In this document: in pieces, positions 60,688-64,000 of the stretch
Layout: every line of letters starts with the position of its first letter
How positions within the stretch are numbered: the stretch's first letter is position 1
NCBI GenBank assembly: GCA_963746075.1
Contig: CAVUZY010000001.1
Location: 26,046-90,045, forward strand
Length of the DNA stretch: 64,000 nucleotides
Reading direction: 5' to 3'
Origin: an uncultured Chloroflexia bacterium
GTDB taxonomy: Bacteria > Chloroflexota > Limnocylindria > Limnocylindrales > CSP1-4
Translations under genes and position numbers: made by a program
The notes under the pieces: generated by a model
Databases searched by the model: none
What the model was told of the DNA's origin: nothing
Seen by the model: only the letters and a program-made list of their open reading frames with translations

Positions 60688-60900
60688 GGCAATGGTCCCT
60701 TCCATCCGATGCCGCCGAAGCGGCGGGAGTCGAGGGTCGTCCAGGGGCCTTTGCGCCTCGACCGGCGCACCCTGCAACGACGTTGCAACGAGGTGACGGT
60801 TGTTCGGCGGCGCGGCCTCGCGCCGGCACGCAGAACGGCGCCCGTCTCGCGACGGACGCCGTTGGATCGGGTGGTGCGGCCGTCGGGCCGCGAGCGTCGA

Positions 60901-61689
60901 TCAGCCGACTGGCGCGATCTCCTTGTCGTTGCTCTCGACCGCGTCGTCGCCGAGCTCGGCCGCCTCGTCGGGGGCGTCCTCGGGGCCGCCGCCGGCCGTT
61001 CCTTCGACGTCGAGCAGGTAGCCGATGCCCTGGAACGTCCGGATCCTGCCCGGCTCGCCCGGCTTCGCGCCGAGCTTGCGACGGACGCGACTGATCCAGA
61101 CCCGCAGATACTGAAGGTCGTCGCGGTATTCCGGACCCCAGACCTTGGTCAGCAGCTCGGTGTGGAGGACGACCTTGCCGGGATGGGTGGCCAGGTGCTG
61201 GAGCAGGAGCCACTCGGTCCGCGACAGCTGGACGAGCTCGCCGCTGCGGCGAACCATGCGCCGCTCCAGGTCGATCTCGACGTCGTCGAAGGCGACGACG
61301 CCGGCGCCCGGCTCGACGCCGGTCGATCGCCGGATGACGGCCCGGACGCGGGCCGCCAGCTCGTCCGGGTGGAACGGTTTCGCGATGTAGTCGTCGGCGC
61401 CGAGATCGAGGCCCTTGGCCTTGTCGGCCGTGGCGCCCTTCGCGGTCAGCAGGATGACCGGGACCGGTCGCTGCTCGCGGAGCTGGCGCATGACCTCGAT
61501 GCCGTCGAGGTCGGGCATGACGATGTCGAGGAGCACGATGTCGGGGCGGATCTCCTCCGCCTTGGCGAGGGCGTCCTCGCCGCCGGTCGCGGTCACGACC
61601 CGGAAGCCTTCCTCGCTCAGGGCGATCGAGACGAGCTTGGTGATCCTGGGCTCGTCATCGGCGACGAGGACGAGCGGTTGGGTTCCCAC
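60901..61689 (-). CDS. OmpR-family (KdpE-like) response regulator, no adjacent kinase
   Basis: VADDE, LLDIVMP, GADDY..KPF, LS.TE, VWGPEY, YLRVW..R.R.KL, G.GY. Confidence 0.92.
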   Translation of the reverse strand: MGTQPLVLVADDEPRITKLVSIALSEEGFRVVTATGGEDALAKAEEIRPDIVLLDIVMPDLDGIEVMRQLREQRPVPVILLTAKGATADKAKGLDLGADDYIAKPFHPDELAARVRAVIRRSTGVEPGAGVVAFDDVEIDLERRMVRRSGELVQLSRTEWLLLQHLATHPGKVVLHTELLTKVWGPEYRDDLQYLRVWISRVRRKLGAKPGEPGRIRTFQGIGYLLDVEGTAGGGPEDAPDEAAELGDDAVESNDKEIAPVG

Positions 61690-61903
61690 GCAACACCTCT
61701 CTTGGCGATGATGGCCTGATGGTGACGGTTCGAAGAACGCCACGACAGGCGGTCGAGTCGTAGGGGGACTGTGCGGTCGGCGCCGTACCGCCGGGTCGCG
61801 TTCGACATTGCAGAAGCGTTGCACGGACATATCAACTGGGGCCGCTCTGCGCACGGCGGCGGCGGGTCGCACCCTCGCCGGAGTTCGATCGGCTACGCTG
61901 GCG

Positions 61904-62269
61904 ATGATGAGCTTTGCCACGCAGGACCTCGAGCGGCTCGCCGCCGCGAAGGAGGTCGACATCGAGACCCAGGCCCAGGGCGGGCCGATCCACCGGGCAA
62001 CGGTCTGGGTCGTCGTCGACAGCAACGAGGTGTTCGTCCGAACCTACCCCGGGCCGACCGCCCGGTGGTACCAGGAGGCCGTCGCGAACCCGGCCGTGGC
62101 GCTCCACGTCGACGGCCGCCGGCTGACCGCGACGGCGATCCCCGCCACCGATCCGGACTCGATCGAGCGGGTGTCGGCCGGCTTCCGCGCCAAGTACAAG
62201 GCCAGCCAGTCCACGACCGCCATGGCCACCCAGTACCTCGACACGACCCTCCGTCTCGAGCCCACGTGA
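61904..62269 (+). CDS. DUF2255 family protein
   Basis: VWVV, VFVR, WY, ..F.AKY, TLRLEP. Confidence 0.75.
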   Translation: MMSFATQDLERLAAAKEVDIETQAQGGPIHRATVWVVVDSNEVFVRTYPGPTARWYQEAVANPAVALHVDGRRLTATAIPATDPDSIERVSAGFRAKYKASQSTTAMATQYLDTTLRLEPT

Positions 62270-62326
62270 GCTCCGGTCCCACGTGAGCCCGGAGCGGGCC
62301 GCACGCACCCACCCCGCGAGGCAGCG

Positions 62327-64000
62327 ATGACCTTCGACGAGTTCAAGCACCAGCTTCCCGACATCGACGAGGCCGAGACCCAGGAATGGCTCGACTCGTT
62401 CGACCAGCTCGTGGCCCAGGAAGGGGAGAGCCGCGCCCGGTTCCTGGTCTACAAGCTGCTCAAGCGGGCCCGCCAGCTGCATGTCGGCCTGCCGCCGCTG
62501 ACCCAGACCCGCTACATCAACACGATCAGCCCCGAGCAGGAGCCGTTCTTCCCGGGTGACGAGCAGATCGAGCACCGGATCCGCCGGATCGTGCGCTGGA
62601 ACGCCGTTGCGATGGTCCTCCGGGCCAACACGAACTTCAACGGGATCGGTGGCCACCTCGCGACCTACGCCTCGGCCGCCAGCCTGTACGAGGTCGGCTT
62701 CAACCACTTCTTCAAGGGCAAGGACGGCGACGCCGCCGGGGACCAGATCTTCTACCAGGGCCATGCCGCGCCCGGGATGTACGCCCGGGCCTTCCTCGAG
62801 GGCCGCCTGACCGAGGACCAGCTCGACCACTTCCGGCGCGAGACCGTGCCGGGCCAGGGCCTGTCGTCCTATCCGCACCCGCGCCTGATGCCCGACTTCT
62901 GGGAGTTCCCGACGGTCTCGATGGGGCTCGGGCCGATCAGCGCCATCTACCAGGCCCGCTACAACCGCTATCTCCAGAACCGGGGCCTGCTCGACACGAG
63001 CGGGTCGCGCGTCTGGGCGTTCATCGGCGACGGCGAAACCGACGAGCCGGAGTCGCTCGGGGCGCTTCACGTCGCTGCCCGCGAAGGCCTCGATAATTTG
63101 ACGTTCGTCGTCAACTGCAACCTCCAGCGCCTCGACGGCCCGGTCCGCGGCAATGGCAAGATCATCCAGGAGCTCGAGGCCGTCTTCCGCGGCTCGGGCT
63201 GGAACGTGATCAAGGTCATCTGGGCCCGCGAATGGGACGACCTCCTGGCGCGCGACGTCGACGGCGTCCTCGTCGAGAAGATGAACAACACCGTCGACGG
63301 CGAGTTCCAGAAGTTCTCGGTGGCCGGCGGGGCGTACATCCGGGAGCACTTCTTCGGGCCGGATCCGCGGCTGCGCAAGCTCGTCGAGCACCTGTCCGAC
63401 GACGATCTGGCGAAGCTCCGCCGGGGCGGCCACGATTACCGCAAGGTCTTCGCCGCCTACAAGGCGGCGACCGAATCGACCGGCGCGCCGACGGTGATCC
63501 TCGCCCACACGGTCAAAGGCTGGACGCTTGGCGCGAGCGTCGAGGCTCGCAACATCACCCACCAGGCGAAGAAGCTGTCCGAGGCCGAGCTTCGCGATGT
63601 TCCGCGATCGCCTCGAGCTGCCGATCCCCGACACCAAGCTCAAGGAAGCGCCGTACTACCACCCCGGGCCCGATTCCGAGGAGGTCCAGTACCTCCGCGA
63701 GCGACGCAAGGCCCTCGGCGGGGCGCTCCCGAAGCGCGTCGTCCGGTCGCAGCCGCTGCCGAAGCCCGCGGCCGCGATCGACGCCGAGTTCGCGAATGGC
63801 TCGGACACCGCGGTCTCGACCACGATGGTCTTCACCCGGCTGCTCCGGAACCTGATCCGCGACAAGGAGCTCGGTGCGCGGATCGTGCCGATCATCCCGG
63901 ACGAGGCGCGGACGTTCGGCATGGACCCGCTCTTCAAGGAGGTCGGGATCTACGCCCAGCTGGGCCAGCGCTACTCGCCGGTCGACTCGGACCTGGTCCT
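62327..64000 (+). CDS. aceE: Pyruvate dehydrogenase E1, homodimeric; runs off window; one indel near 63597
   Basis: Manual translation: [67 protein letters not shown]. Confidence 0.95.
   Translation, partial: MTFDEFKHQLPDIDEAETQEWLDSFDQLVAQEGESRARFLVYKLLKRARQLHVGLPPLTQTRYINTISPEQEPFFPGDEQIEHRIRRIVRWNAVAMVLRANTNFNGIGGHLATYASAASLYEVGFNHFFKGKDGDAAGDQIFYQGHAAPGMYARAFLEGRLTEDQLDHFRRETVPGQGLSSYPHPRLMPDFWEFPTVSMGLGPISAIYQARYNRYLQNRGLLDTSGSRVWAFIGDGETDEPESLGALHVAAREGLDNLTFVVNCNLQRLDGPVRGNGKIIQELEAVFRGSGWNVIKVIWAREWDDLLARDVDGVLVEKMNNTVDGEFQKFSVAGGAYIREHFFGPDPRLRKLVEHLSDDDLAKLRRGGHDYRKVFAAYKAATESTGAPTVILAHTVKGWTLGASVEARNITHQAKKLSEAELRDVPRSPRAADPRHQAQGSAVLPPRARFRGGPVPPRATQGPRRGAPEARRPVAAAAEARGRDRRRVREWLGHRGLDHDGLHPAAPEPDPRQGARCADRADHPGRGADVRHGPALQGGRDLRPAGPALLAGRLGPGP

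Noticed and set aside
60690-60790. c-di-GMP-I riboswitch in yggT-like leader (GCGCAAAG)
   Set aside because: Lacks GGCAAAC P1 and GNRA/receptor architecture
62258-62295. CCCACGTGAGC direct repeat before aceE
   Set aside because: Two copies only, duplicating the upstream gene end; no array or element
63590-63605. aceE frameshift as regulatory
   Set aside because: Single extra base without slippery sequence; likely error

Overview
High-GC bacterial sequence that reads as two different genomes joined at ~35,100. Left part (1-~35,100) has actinobacterial markers (nucS, Kgd-type E2-E1 2-oxoglutarate dehydrogenase fusion, pervasive leaderless starts) and a gene style I associate with Thermoleophilia/Solirubrobacterales: six dispersed SnoaL/NTF2-like genes, two secreted copper oxidases (galactose-oxidase-like, lysyl-oxidase-like), an arsR-arsM/arsC cassette, a PIN-RHH toxin-antitoxin pair and a hidden 19-aa membrane peptide gene. 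Several conserved genes there (kgd, a ThDP enzyme, a J-domain/TPR protein, ettA, a HAD) are riddled with indels that look like consensus errors. At ~35,100 a secreted laminin-IV-like gene runs directly into the middle of a UvrD2 helicase. The right part (possibly Chloroflexota; inference) carries F420 maturation genes (cofD, cofC, cofE), three LLM and one PPOX-class oxidoreductases, MFS transporters, mtnP, pncA, an orphan response regulator and aceE. The most novel-looking element is a complete 1:2/2:3/3:4 attenuator with a leaderless Gln-Gln-Gln leader peptide upstream of a LysE exporter (45,293-45,463). No tRNA, rRNA, CRISPR array, transposase or integrase was recognised. All family assignments are from motif recognition, not database searches.
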